A stretch of 32,000 nucleotides of DNA, taken from Delftia acidovorans NBRC 14950. Its GTDB lineage: Bacteria; Pseudomonadota; Gammaproteobacteria; Burkholderiales; Burkholderiaceae_C. The stretch lies in contig NZ_BCZP01000010.1 in the NCBI RefSeq assembly GCF_001598795.1, positions 30,001-62,000 on the forward strand. Direction: 5' to 3'. A model generated the notes under the pieces. It saw nothing but the letters and a program-made list of their open reading frames with translations, did no database searches and had not been told where the DNA came from. Positions 8,234-18,500 of this stretch are shown here, piece after piece (position 1 is the first letter of the stretch; each line of letters begins with the position of its first letter). The position numbers and the translations under genes are program-made.

Positions 8234-9610
8234 ATGGCCACTGAAGACCTCTCCCTGCAGGTGCTGGCAGCACTGCGCCGCCAGGGCGGTGCGCTGGCAG
8301 CACGCGAGTTGCAGCAGATGCTGGGCGTGAGCCAGCCCACGGTGTCGCGCGCGCTGGCACCGCTGATCCAGTCGGGCCAGGTGCGCAAGGTGGGGGCGGC
8401 GCGCACGCAGCGCTATGTGCTGCCGCGCCAGGTGGCGGGCGTGGGCGCCGAGGTGGCCATCATGCGCGTGGACACCGAAGGCCATGCATCGCCCTTTGGC
8501 CGCATGATCGCCCTGCACGGCGGCGGCTTCTGGGTGGATGAGGCCGACGGCCTCAGCGAGCAGCACGACGGCCTGCCCTGGTTCCTGGACGACATGCGGC
8601 CCCAGGGCTTCATCGGCCGCAGCTTTGCGCACAGCCACCCCGAACTGCAGCTGGGCGGCGACCCGCGCCAGTGGGGCGAGGACGATGTGCTGCGCGCCCT
8701 GGCCCGCTTTGGCGAAGACCTGCCGGGCAACCTCATCGTGGGCGAAGCCGCCTTCGAGCGCTTCCACTCCCTGCCCGCGCGCACGCTGCGCGCCGCCTCG
8801 GCGGCCGACTATCCGCGCCTGGCCATGCAGGCCATGCAGGGCACGCATCCGGGCTCGTCGGCGGGCGGCGAGCAGCCCAAGTTCTGCTGCATCACGGCCG
8901 GGCGCAGCGTCATCGTCAAGTTCTCCCCGGCAGGCAACGCGCCGGCCGAGCAGCGCATCCGCGACCTGCTGGTCTGCGAGCACCTGGCACTGCAGACCCT
9001 GGCCGAAGACGGCCTGCCCGCAGCGCGCACGCGGCTGTTCCTCGATGGCGGCCGCGCCTTCCTCGAATCGGAGCGCTTCGACCGCAGCCAGCCGGCGCCA
9101 CGCGATGTACCGGGCGATGTGCCAGTCTCACAGGCCCACCCGGGCAGCAACCCTGGACGCATCGGCATGGTGTCCCTGCAGGTGCTCAATGCCCAGTACG
9201 TGGGCGAGGTGGACAACTGGGCAGCCACGGCCAACCGCCTGGCCGCACGCGGCCTCATCACCGAGGCCGACGCGCGCAGCCTGCGCCTGCTCGAAGCCTA
9301 CGGCCAGCTCATCGCCAACACCGACCGGCACTACGGCAACATCTCCTTCGTGCTGCCGCAGCCCCATGGCGACTGGGCGCTGTCGCCCACCTACGACATG
9401 CTGCCCATGCTCTACATGCCCATCAACGGCGAGATCGTGGAGCGCGACTTCGGCGCCCAGCCCCAGCGCCCCACGGCCGCCACGCTGGCCGAATGGCCGC
9501 ATGCCCAGGCGCTGGCACGCCGCTTCTGGCAGACCGTGGCGCAGGATGCGCGCATCTCCGGGGACTTTCGCAACATTGCCACGCGAAATCTTGAATTCAT
9601 GAGTGCCTGA
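8234..9610 (+). CDS. HipA-family Ser/Thr kinase with fused N-terminal HTH domain (YjjJ/HipH-like)
   Basis: The N-terminal HTH reads ARELQQMLGVSQPTVSRALAPLIQSGQVRKVG. Kinase-core motifs are GGEQPKF, the catalytic loop NTDRHYGNISF (D-x-H-x-x-N) and the Mg-binding SPTYDMLP. No separate antitoxin-sized ORF lies upstream. Confidence 0.75.
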   Translation: MATEDLSLQVLAALRRQGGALAARELQQMLGVSQPTVSRALAPLIQSGQVRKVGAARTQRYVLPRQVAGVGAEVAIMRVDTEGHASPFGRMIALHGGGFWVDEADGLSEQHDGLPWFLDDMRPQGFIGRSFAHSHPELQLGGDPRQWGEDDVLRALARFGEDLPGNLIVGEAAFERFHSLPARTLRAASAADYPRLAMQAMQGTHPGSSAGGEQPKFCCITAGRSVIVKFSPAGNAPAEQRIRDLLVCEHLALQTLAEDGLPAARTRLFLDGGRAFLESERFDRSQPAPRDVPGDVPVSQAHPGSNPGRIGMVSLQVLNAQYVGEVDNWAATANRLAARGLITEADARSLRLLEAYGQLIANTDRHYGNISFVLPQPHGDWALSPTYDMLPMLYMPINGEIVERDFGAQPQRPTAATLAEWPHAQALARRFWQTVAQDARISGDFRNIATRNLEFMSA

Positions 9611-9810
9611 TTGACAGGCACCAGCAATGAAATCCGAATACCAATCTGTGAATAACACCGGTAATTTCTCTTGAAAAACCTGTGCGCATCATCTTGATAA
9701 ACATTTGCACAAGCTGTGCTTTGACTGCGCAAAACCTGCCATCCACAAGGGCCGTACGCCACCGCCTGCACAATCGAAGGCTTCCTCATCCGACAAGAGC
9801 CTGGCCACCG

Positions 9811-10458
9811 ATGACAAGCATTGCCCCTTCTCACGCCGCAGACCCGCGCATCGCCGACGTGCTCAGCTACTGGCTGGGCTCCGCGCATCCCGACAACGCG
9901 GGCGCCCTGGCCTGCAAAAACCTGTGGTTCATCAAGTCCGATGCCACTGACGACCAGATCCGCGAGCGCTTCGGCGCCCTGGTCGAAGATGCACTGGCCG
10001 GCCAACTGGACGGCTGGGCCGGCACGGCGCTGGGGCGGCTGGCTCTGATCGTGTTGCTGGACCAGTTCACGCGCAACCTGTTCCGGGGCACGGCACGCAG
10101 CTTTGCAGGCGACCCGCAGGCGCTGCAGCTGGCGCTGGATGGCATCGCCCTGGGCCATGACCGGCATGCCGACCTGCCAGCCGTGGCGCGCATCTTCTGC
10201 TACCTGCCGCTGGAGCATGCCGAAGACCTGGCCCTGCAGGACCGCAGCGTGGCTGCCTTCCAGGCCCTGGCCGACGAGGCCGGTGACGCTGGCGGCGAGG
10301 GCGTGCGCGAGTTCCTGGCCGGCACGCTGGACTACGCCCACCGGCACCGCGACGTCATCGTGCGCTACGGCCGCTTTCCGCACCGCAATGCCATCCTGGG
10401 CCGCACCAGCACGGCCGAGGAACTGCAGTACCTGTCCCAGCCCGGCTCAGGGTTCTGA
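9811..10458 (+). CDS. DUF924-family protein
   Basis: The family hallmarks LDQFTRNLFRG and YGRFPHRNAILGRTSTAEELQYL are present. The start is taken at the internal ATG at 9811 of ORF 9682..10458. Confidence 0.8.
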   Translation: MTSIAPSHAADPRIADVLSYWLGSAHPDNAGALACKNLWFIKSDATDDQIRERFGALVEDALAGQLDGWAGTALGRLALIVLLDQFTRNLFRGTARSFAGDPQALQLALDGIALGHDRHADLPAVARIFCYLPLEHAEDLALQDRSVAAFQALADEAGDAGGEGVREFLAGTLDYAHRHRDVIVRYGRFPHRNAILGRTSTAEELQYLSQPGSGF

Positions 10459-10483
10459 GAGCGCAGCGGATCTCCTTCACCCA

Positions 10484-10517
10484 CAAAAAAAGGGAACGTG
10501 CCAACGTTCCCTTTTTT
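10484..10517. terminator. Bidirectional rho-independent terminator between the convergent DUF924 and acyltransferase genes
   Basis: The sequence is AAAAAAAGGGAACGT-gcca-ACGTTCCCTTTTTT: a 9-bp stem flanked by an A-run on one side and a T-run on the other. Confidence 0.75.
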
Positions 10518-10539
10518 GCTTTCGGCGCGCTGCCGGCAT

Positions 10540-11607
10540 TCAGGCCGGCTGCGCCTGCGGCTGGCGCTCGCCGCCCTTGCGCTCGCCATCGCGCATGCGC
10601 AGCGCCCAGCGCTCGATCGTGTAGAACGACAGCGCCGACAGCGCCACCGAGATCGCCAGTCCCAGCGCCACCACCACGGGCCACGAGAAGTCGGCGCGCA
10701 GATAGCGCACCACCGGGTAGTGCCAGAGGTAGACGCCATAGGACAGGCGGCCCAGCTTCACCAGCGTGGGCGACGACAGCATGTCGAAGACCAGGCCCGA
10801 GCCCTGGCTTGCCGCCACCAGCAGCACCACGGCGGCGCATTCCACCACGGTGATGCCCCAGACCATGGCGTCCTGGTTGTCCCATTGCAGCGCCATCAAC
10901 AGCGGCACGGCCAGCGGCACCCACATGGCGTGGTGCATGCGCGCCTTCAGTGCAGCGATGAAGTCGGGCCGCTCGATCATCACCGCCGCCAGCAGCGCAC
11001 CGGCGAACAGGCCCGAGGCACGGGTGTCGAAGCGAAAGAAGATCTCATAGAAGTGCTGGCCCTGGTCCACCCAGTACACGCGCCACAGCCAGCTCAGCGC
11101 CCACAGCAGGGCAATCGGGCGCCACAGACGGCCCGGCTTGGAAAAGCGCAGCAGCAGCACCAGCAGCGGCGGCCAGATCAGGTAGAAATGCTCCTCCACC
11201 GACAGCGACCACATGTGCAGCAGCGTGTCCGGGCTGTCGAAGAAGGCGATGCCGTAGTCGGCCAGATAGAGGATGGAGACCAGCGCATCGGTGTAGATGT
11301 CGTTCAGGTCCGGCCACAGCAAGGGCGCGAAGATGCAGTACGCGCCCAGGAACAGGGCCAGCGCCGGCATCAGGCGATAGAAGCGGCGGCGGTAAAAGCG
11401 CCAGAAGCCGATGCGGCCTTCGGATTCGTTCTCCATCAGCAGCAGCGAGGTAATCAGATAGCCGCTGAGCACGAAGAACAGGTCCACCCCGAAGAATGCG
11501 CCATCGAACAAAGGCGCATGGGAGTGCGACAAGATCACCAACAGGATCGCCACGCCCCGCAGCCCGTCAAGGGCGGGGTTGTAGTGCAGTTTGAAATCCT
11601 TGACCAC
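10540..11607 (-). CDS. Acyltransferase family 3 (OafA/YrhL-like) integral membrane protein
   Basis: The acyltransferase-3 N-terminal motif YNPALDGLRGVAILLVILSHS...GVDLFFVLSGYLIT is present, followed by multiple hydrophobic helices. The start is uncertain. I place it at GTG 11607 (GGAAAGG upstream), close to the conserved N-terminus. TTG 11610 or ATG 11688 are alternatives. Confidence 0.75.
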   Translation of the reverse strand: MVKDFKLHYNPALDGLRGVAILLVILSHSHAPLFDGAFFGVDLFFVLSGYLITSLLLMENESEGRIGFWRFYRRRFYRLMPALALFLGAYCIFAPLLWPDLNDIYTDALVSILYLADYGIAFFDSPDTLLHMWSLSVEEHFYLIWPPLLVLLLRFSKPGRLWRPIALLWALSWLWRVYWVDQGQHFYEIFFRFDTRASGLFAGALLAAVMIERPDFIAALKARMHHAMWVPLAVPLLMALQWDNQDAMVWGITVVECAAVVLLVAASQGSGLVFDMLSSPTLVKLGRLSYGVYLWHYPVVRYLRADFSWPVVVALGLAISVALSALSFYTIERWALRMRDGERKGGERQPQAQPA

Positions 11608-12198
11608 CAAAACCGGACACCTTTCCAACGCCGGGGCATAAGCCCCGGGCCATGAACAAACCCCATGAAAAATGGAGCACGCGGACATGGCGCAGCCGTC
11701 CCCGGGAGGGTCGCAACGCATGGTCCAGCGCGATAAGAGAGACGGCACGCCCCAAGGTTCCCGGCGGATGCTGTGACCAGCAATCCGCGAGCCGCGGCTG
11801 CGGCGCACCTGGAGGATGCGGGCCGCCTCTACGGGCGGCCCTGCGTGCACGAACATGCCCTGCAGTGCAGGGCAATGGCTGATGAATTTCAGCGAAATCC
11901 GATTTTAGCCATCACCGCCTGCGGGCCAGGTTCGATGGACATTCGGCCTGGAGTCCTGGGTCATCCCGCCCCGCCGCCTGTCCACCTCTCATCGCACGCA
12001 GCGAGTATGGGCAGCGCACCGCGGCCGGAACGTAACAGGAAGTTGCCGCCAGCGCTGCTGTGCCCTGCCTCACGCCGCCCTGCGCCGCCCTGTTGAGCCA
12101 CTGGCGAACACAGGGCAAGGGGAGTTGGATGCGCCGTCAACAATTTGGAACAAAACGCCACCAATCCCAATGAACACCAGCATCTTCCGCTATCGTTT

Positions 12199-13068
12199 TT
12201 AACAAGCAGGCGGACAAACGGAAGAGATCGCGTCCTGCAGACCACGGCGCGCGTCACTGTCTGTCTGCACCGGCTGCTGGTTCTTGGCCCGCAGATAGTG
12301 CTCGGTGAACAGCGCCAGGTAGCTCTCCAGCGCACGGCCCGCGCGCCGGTCACCCACGTCGCCCGTCAGCTCCAGGCACAGGGCCGCCACCTCGCTGGTG
12401 CAGAAATGGTCTTCGCGCTGCGAGCGGCGCAGACGGTACTGCGACACCTGATCCGGGTGCAGGCTCAGCACCGGAAAGCGGTCCAGGTAAGGGCTCTTGC
12501 GGAACATCTTGCGCGCCTCGGGCCAGGTCGCGTCCAGCAGGATGAACAGCGGGCGCCGGCCTGGGTCGGGTTCGGTCCCGGCCTGGGCTCCGGCCCGGGG
12601 CGCCGGCAGCGTATGCACCACGCGCTGCAGCGGCTCCACGAACTCGCCGGGAAACACCACATAGGGCTGCCACTGCGGATCATCGAGCAAGGCCAGCAGG
12701 CCCACATCGGCCTCGGTGCGCGCCCAGCCGAAGGCGTGCGTCTGCTCCACCACATCGGCGATCAGCCAGCCCGTGTTGCTGGGCTTGAGCGGCTCGGCAT
12801 CGTGCATCAGCAGGCAAAAGCCCGCCCGCGTCGGCAGCATGGGACGCAGCGCGCAAAGGCAGTACGAAGGCCGCAGCCGGCATCCCTCGCAGCGCTCGCC
12901 GCGCGGCCCGCCGCGCGACAGAAACGGCCGCGTGCTGCGCGCCAGCCGCTGCGTGCGCAGCCGCGAGACCGCATGCGGCGCCACGCCGGAGTCCACGCCG
13001 CGCAGATAGGACAGAGGCACGCAGGCATCCTGCGCCGAAGCAGGCACAGCTGACATTTCCAGGCTCAT
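12199..13068 (-). CDS. DTW-domain protein (TapT/YfiP-like tRNA-uridine aminocarboxypropyltransferase family)
   Basis: An N-terminal Cys cluster (RCEGCRLRPSYCLCA) and the DTW motif (ILLDATWPEARKM) are present. The ATG at 13068 overlaps the stop of the upstream methyltransferase gene (ATGA). Confidence 0.8.
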   Translation of the reverse strand: MSLEMSAVPASAQDACVPLSYLRGVDSGVAPHAVSRLRTQRLARSTRPFLSRGGPRGERCEGCRLRPSYCLCALRPMLPTRAGFCLLMHDAEPLKPSNTGWLIADVVEQTHAFGWARTEADVGLLALLDDPQWQPYVVFPGEFVEPLQRVVHTLPAPRAGAQAGTEPDPGRRPLFILLDATWPEARKMFRKSPYLDRFPVLSLHPDQVSQYRLRRSQREDHFCTSEVAALCLELTGDVGDRRAGRALESYLALFTEHYLRAKNQQPVQTDSDARRGLQDAISSVCPPAC

Positions 13069-13676
13069 CCCACGCTTTCCAGCTCGAACAGCGGCAGCTC
13101 GGCGCGGCGGCTCAGCCACACGCCGCCTCCCAGTTCCTTGAAATGCTCGGCCAGCCCGCGCCGGTACAGATCGGCCCGGTGGCGGAACAGGCGCGGATCG
13201 GTCAGATCCTCATCGATCACGCCACGTTCGTAATCCTCGCGCGCCACCGCCTCCACATACAGACCGCCTCGGCTCAACCGCCCCAGATTGGCCAGCGCGC
13301 GCTTGAGATCCGGCGGGCTCAGATAGGGCAGCACGCCCTGGCAGATCACCAGATCGAAGGGCTCTGCAGGATCATGCGCCGCATAGTCCACCACCGAGCC
13401 GCGCTCCCAACCGAAGCGCCCGCACAAGTACTCGCTGAACTCCACGCCGTGGTAGCTGGCACCGGGGAAGTGGCGCTGCACCGCCTCGCGCCAAAGACCG
13501 ATGCCGCAGCCTACATCCAGCACGCGGCGCACGGGCACGCGCACATAACTCAGGTAGGAACAGACGAAAGCGCCCAGACGGTTCACATGCTCGGTATCGA
13601 CCACGCTGGTCTTCTTGTCGAAGTAGTAGCGCTGGTAGTACGCCTCGTCGAACCACTGGTCACTTGCTGATTGCAC
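13065..13676 (-). CDS. Class I SAM-dependent methyltransferase
   Basis: Motif I is VLDVGCGIGLW, and the post-I/II pattern is FDLVICQGVLPYL. The start is GTG at 13676, with AAGGAG 5 nt upstream. Confidence 0.8.
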   Translation of the reverse strand: MQSASDQWFDEAYYQRYYFDKKTSVVDTEHVNRLGAFVCSYLSYVRVPVRRVLDVGCGIGLWREAVQRHFPGASYHGVEFSEYLCGRFGWERGSVVDYAAHDPAEPFDLVICQGVLPYLSPPDLKRALANLGRLSRGGLYVEAVAREDYERGVIDEDLTDPRLFRHRADLYRRGLAEHFKELGGGVWLSRRAELPLFELESVG

Positions 13677-13766
13677 GCATTCTCCTTGGGGGTGAGCGCC
13701 CGGTGGGCGCGTTCGGGCGGGAGTATGGCGCAGAGGGGTTTGTATATGCCGGGATGCGGTATTCGC

Positions 13767-14153
13767 TCAGGCCTTGGGCGGCCGATGCAACAGGCACAGC
13801 TTGTTGCCATCCAGATCCCGCACATAGGCCAGGTACAGCCGGCCACCGGGCGAAGCCTCGCGCCAGCCGGGCGGATCCTCGCAGGTCACGCCCCCGGCTG
13901 CCACGGCTGCGGCATGGGCCGCGTCGGCCTGCTCGGGAGACTGCGTCGCAAAGCCGATGGTCGCGCCATTGCCGTGGCAGGCAGACTCGCCGTTGATCGG
14001 TGTGGAAATGGCAAACGTGCCGCCCGCGCTGCGGTAGAAATAGCGGTTCTTGTTGGCCATGCCCGGCGCAACGCCGAGCGCGCCCAGGAATGCGTCGTAG
14101 AACTGCTTGGATTTTTCGAGGTCGTTGACCCCGACCATGACGTGGCTGAACAT
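13767..14153 (-). CDS. VOC (glyoxalase/bleomycin-resistance/dioxygenase) family protein
   Basis: The product is MFSHVMVGVNDLEKSKQFYDAFLGALG...AYVRDLDGNKLCL, the typical VOC beta-alpha-beta-beta-beta pattern. AAGGAG lies upstream of the internal ATG at 14153. Confidence 0.75.
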   Translation of the reverse strand: MFSHVMVGVNDLEKSKQFYDAFLGALGVAPGMANKNRYFYRSAGGTFAISTPINGESACHGNGATIGFATQSPEQADAAHAAAVAAGGVTCEDPPGWREASPGGRLYLAYVRDLDGNKLCLLHRPPKA

Positions 14154-14292
14154 GCCTGTGTCTCCTTGGTTGATGCGAACCGGGATGTTAGCTGCGGCAC
14201 GCCGTCCTGCTGTCACCCATGCGCGCCAGCGACCATACTGTCGCCCCCGCCACAGCCGGCGGACATTGCACCGATACCGCGATACCGAAACC

Positions 14293-15570
14293 ATGCGCCT
14301 TCTTCACACTTCCGACTGGCACCTGGGCCAGCACTTCATGGGCAAGAGCCGCCAGGCCGAGCACGCTGCGCTCATCGACTGGCTGCTGGAGCAGGTCGAT
14401 GCCCAGGCGGTGGATGCCGTGCTCATCGCGGGCGATATCTTCGACACCGGCGCGCCGCCCAGCTATGCGCGCGAGCTGTACAGCCAGTTGGTGGTGCGCC
14501 TGCATGCGGCGGGCGTGGCCCTGTTGCTGCTGGGCGGCAACCACGACTCCGTGGCCACGCTGGCAGAGAACCGCGAGCTGCTGGCCTGCCTGGACACCAC
14601 CGTGGTTGCCGCCGTGGGCGAGACGGCCAGCCACGTGGTCGAGCTGCCGCTGCGGCGCCGGCCGGGGCAGCCGGCCGCGCCCGGCTGCATCGTCTGCGCC
14701 CTGCCGTTCATGCGCCCGCGCGACCTGGTGCTGAGCCAGCCCGGCCAAAGCGCCGAGCAAAAGCAGCAGGCGCTGCAGGCCGCCATCGAGTCCTGCTACC
14801 GCAGCGTGCACGCCGCCGCAATGGCACGCCGTGACGCGCTGGCCGCCGCATCCGGCCAGCGCCTGCCCATCATCGCCACGGGCCATCTCACCACCGTGGG
14901 CGCCAGCAGCAGCGAGTCCGTGCGCGAGATCTACGTGGGATCGCTGGATGCCTTCCCCACCTCGGCCTTTCCGCCCGCCGACTACGTGGCCCTGGGCCAC
15001 ATCCACCAGCCGCAGAAAGTGGGCGGCCTGGAGCACATCCGCTACAGCGGCTCGCCCATTGCGCTGAGCTTTGACGAGGCCCGCCAGTCCAAGCAGATGC
15101 TGCTGGTGGACCTGGGCCCCGAAGGGCTACAGGCCGTCACGCCGCTGCCCGTGCCCTGCTTTCAGCCCATGGCCTCGGTGGCAGGCAGCCTGACCGCCTT
15201 GCCGGATCTGATGCGCGCCACCGCCCAGGCCGGCAGCCCTGCACGGCCCGTGTGGTTGGAGGTGGTGGTGGAGCAGGACGACTACCTGCCCCAGCTCACC
15301 GACCGCGTGCAGGCCCTGGCCGACGAGCTGCCCGTGGAACTGCTGCGCGTGCGGCGCCAGCGCGGCCGGGCGGTGGCCGGCATGGCCGCCGCCGCCGGCG
15401 AGTCGCTGCACGAGATCAGCCCCGCCGACGTCTTCGAGCGCCGCCTGGCGCTGGAAACACTGGAGCCCGGCCTGGCCCAGGCCCTCACCCGGCGCTACCA
15501 GGAAGTGGTGGCCGGGCTTGATGCGCCCCAGCCAGGCGCCGGCGAACACGGCGAGGAGGCCCGCGCATGA
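14293..15570 (+). CDS. sbcD: Exonuclease SbcCD, nuclease subunit D (Mre11-like phosphoesterase)
   Basis: The sequence [12 protein letters not shown]...LIAGDIFD...LLLGGNHD carries the calcineurin-like phosphoesterase motifs I-III. The stop overlaps the sbcC ATG (ATGA at 15567..15570). Confidence 0.9.
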   Translation: MRLLHTSDWHLGQHFMGKSRQAEHAALIDWLLEQVDAQAVDAVLIAGDIFDTGAPPSYARELYSQLVVRLHAAGVALLLLGGNHDSVATLAENRELLACLDTTVVAAVGETASHVVELPLRRRPGQPAAPGCIVCALPFMRPRDLVLSQPGQSAEQKQQALQAAIESCYRSVHAAAMARRDALAAASGQRLPIIATGHLTTVGASSSESVREIYVGSLDAFPTSAFPPADYVALGHIHQPQKVGGLEHIRYSGSPIALSFDEARQSKQMLLVDLGPEGLQAVTPLPVPCFQPMASVAGSLTALPDLMRATAQAGSPARPVWLEVVVEQDDYLPQLTDRVQALADELPVELLRVRRQRGRAVAGMAAAAGESLHEISPADVFERRLALETLEPGLAQALTRRYQEVVAGLDAPQPGAGEHGEEARA

Positions 15571-18500
15571 AGATCCTTACGCTGCGGCTCAAGAACCTCA
15601 ACTCGCTCAAGGGCGAATGGCGCATCGACTTCACGCAGGCACCGTTCGCGGGCAACGGCCTGTTCGCCATCACCGGGGCCACGGGCGCGGGCAAGTCCAC
15701 CCTGCTCGATGCCATCTGCCTGGCGCTGTACCACCAGACACCCAGGCTGAACAACATCTCGGCATCGGCCAACGACCTCATGACGCGCCACACGGCCGAC
15801 TGTCTGGCCGAGGTCGAATTCGAGGTCAAGGGTCAGGTCTACCGCGCCTTCTGGAGCCAGCGCCGCGCACGCGACAGGCTCGATGGCGCACTGCAGGCGC
15901 CCAAGGTGGAACTGGCCCGGGGCGACGGCATCATCCTCAGCAGCCAGACGCGCGACAAGCTGGAGCAGACTGCTGCCATCACGGGCCTGGACTTCGAGCG
16001 CTTCACCAAGTCCATGCTGCTGGCCCAAGGCGGCTTTGCAGCGTTCCTTGAAGCCAATGCCAACGTCCGCGCCGGCCTGCTGGAAGAGCTGACAGGCACC
16101 GAGATCTACGGCCTCATCTCACAAAAAGTCTTCGAACGCGCCCGCGATGCGCGCCAGCGCCTGGACCAGCTCAAGGCCCAGGCCGATGGCGTGGAGTTGC
16201 TGACGCCCGAGGCGCGCGATGCCCTGCAGGCCCAGGCCGACAGCCTGGTGACGGAGCAGGCCACGCTGCAGGCCGACTACCTGCGCACCCAGGCCCAGCA
16301 CCAATGGCAGCAGCAACTGGCCCAGGCCACCCAGACACTGCAGGCCGCCCGCACCGGCTGCGCAGACGCCGCCCAGGCACTGGAGCAGGCCACGCCCGAA
16401 CTGGAAAGACTGGCCCATGACGAGCCCGCGCAGGCGCTGCAGCCGCTGCACCAGGCCTGGCAGCGCAGCACCGCCGCCTGCGATGACAGCCGCCAGCAAC
16501 TGCAGCAACTGCGCGAGCACGAACAGCAGACCCAGGCCCGGCTGCTGCTACAGCACCGCCATGCCCAGGCCCTGTCCGCCCGCCTGGCCCAGGCTGCGCA
16601 AGACACCCTGGCCCGCCAGCAGACCGAGCACCAAACGCTGGAACAGTTCTGCACCCACCATGCAGCCCATGCCCTGCTGGGCGAGCGACTGGGCAGTTGG
16701 CGCCAGCAGTTCAAGCTGCGCGCCAGCCAGCAACAGCAAGCGGCCAACCAGCAGCAGGCCCTGCGCAAGCTGGATGCCGAACAGGCCCGCATGGCGCAAT
16801 GCGCCGAAGCCGGCACGGCCCAGGTCCAGGCCGCCACCGACGCCCAGGCCCGCGCCAGCGCCGCACTCCAGCACGCGCAGGACGAACAGGCGCAGCGCCT
16901 TCAAGGCAGCGGCGGCATGGCCGAGCTGCGCGCGCGCGAGCAGGCAGAGCAGGACCGCCTGCACCTGTGGCGCCAGGCAGAAACCCAGGCCGCGCAGCGC
17001 CGCGAACTTGCGCGCCAGCAAGCTGCGCTGGAGCAGGCATTGCGCGATGGAGAGGCACAGGCGCGGGCGCAGGACACATCGCTGCAAGCCCTGCGGCAGC
17101 AGTACAAGAGCGTCAAGGAACAGGTCGCGGACAAGCAGACCCTGCTCCTGCAGGAGCAGCGCATCCAAAGCCTGTCCGAGCACCGCCACGCCCTGCAGCC
17201 CGGCCAGCCCTGCCCGCTGTGCGGCGCGCACGAGCACCCGGCCGTGGCCGCCTACGAAGCGCTGGACGCCTCAGCCACCGAAGCCGCGCTGCGCCGCAAG
17301 CAGGATGAACTCGACGCCCTGCAAACCCAGGGCGAAACCGCCCGCGCCACGCTGGCCGCCACCACGGCCGCACAGGCTGCGCGCCAGCGCCAGGCCGACG
17401 AACTGGAACAAGACATCGCACGCTGGCACGGCACATGGCACGACACATGGCCGGGCCTCACGCAACCCCTGCAACTCGCGCCAGACAGTTGGCAACAGGC
17501 CGACACCCTCGCCGCATCGGCCCAGGCCTGCGCCCGCCAGCTGGACACGCTCAAGCGCGCCGTGCAGGCCGCCGAGCAAGGCGAGCAGGCCGTGCAACAG
17601 GCCAAGGACGCCGCCCAGCACAGCCGCCAGTCACTGCAGACCGCGCAAGGCCAGCTTGCGCTGCAGCAGCAGGCCCTGGCCGACCACAGCGCACGCCGCG
17701 AAGAACTGCAGCAATCCATCGCCAGCCTGCAGGCCGAAGCCCAGGCGCTGAACGCGCAGTTGCAGGCCTCACTCGGCGAGGCCGGCCACACCCTGCCCGA
17801 CGACGCCCAGCCCTGGCTTGAAGCGCGCGAAGCCGAATGGCAGCACTGGCAACAGGCCCGGCACGACCTGCAGCAACTGGCCCAATCCATGGCCTTGCAG
17901 CGCAAGGAATGCGAGGCGGCCGAGGCCGAGGCGCAGCGCTGGAGAAAACAGTGGGAAACACAGTGGGAGGCACAGTGGGAGGCGCAGAGAACGGCGCAGC
18001 CCCATCCCGCCGATACGGCTGTGGCAGAGCCGCCTTCACTGCCCTTGCCGCCCGTGGAACAGCTGCCGCAGGCCCTGGCCGAATGCGCCAGCGACATCGC
18101 CGCTCTCACGCGGCAGCAGGTTGCCCTGCAAGGCCAGCAGCAACAGGCCCAGGCCACGCTGGCCCGCCAGCGCGAGGAAGCGGCCCAGGCCGAATCCGCA
18201 TGGCAGGCCGCCCTGAGCACCAGTCCCTTTGCTGACGAACCCGCCTTCCTGCAGGCCCTGCTGCCCGCACCCGAACGCCAGCGCCTGGCCGCGCTGCGCC
18301 AGCAGTTGCAGGCGGCACAACAGCGCGCGGCCACCCTGCTGGAAGCCGCACAGCGCGAGCACACGGATCTGCAGGCCCAGGCCCTGACCGACCTGGCACC
18401 CGAAGCCATCCAGGCCCTGCTGCAAACACTGCAGGAGCGCCATACGGCACTCAGCGAACAACTGGGCGGCGCCCGCGCTCAGCTGGCCGACGACCAGCGC

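Noticed and set aside
9611-9810. A TTGACA hexamer immediately after the HipA-like stop, and a 15-codon mini-ORF (ATG at 9627), in the AT-richer spacer before the DUF924 gene.
   Set aside because: I found no properly spaced -10 element and no RBS for the mini-ORF. There is too little evidence to call a promoter or a peptide. The region is noted only as the AT-rich flank of the kinase gene.
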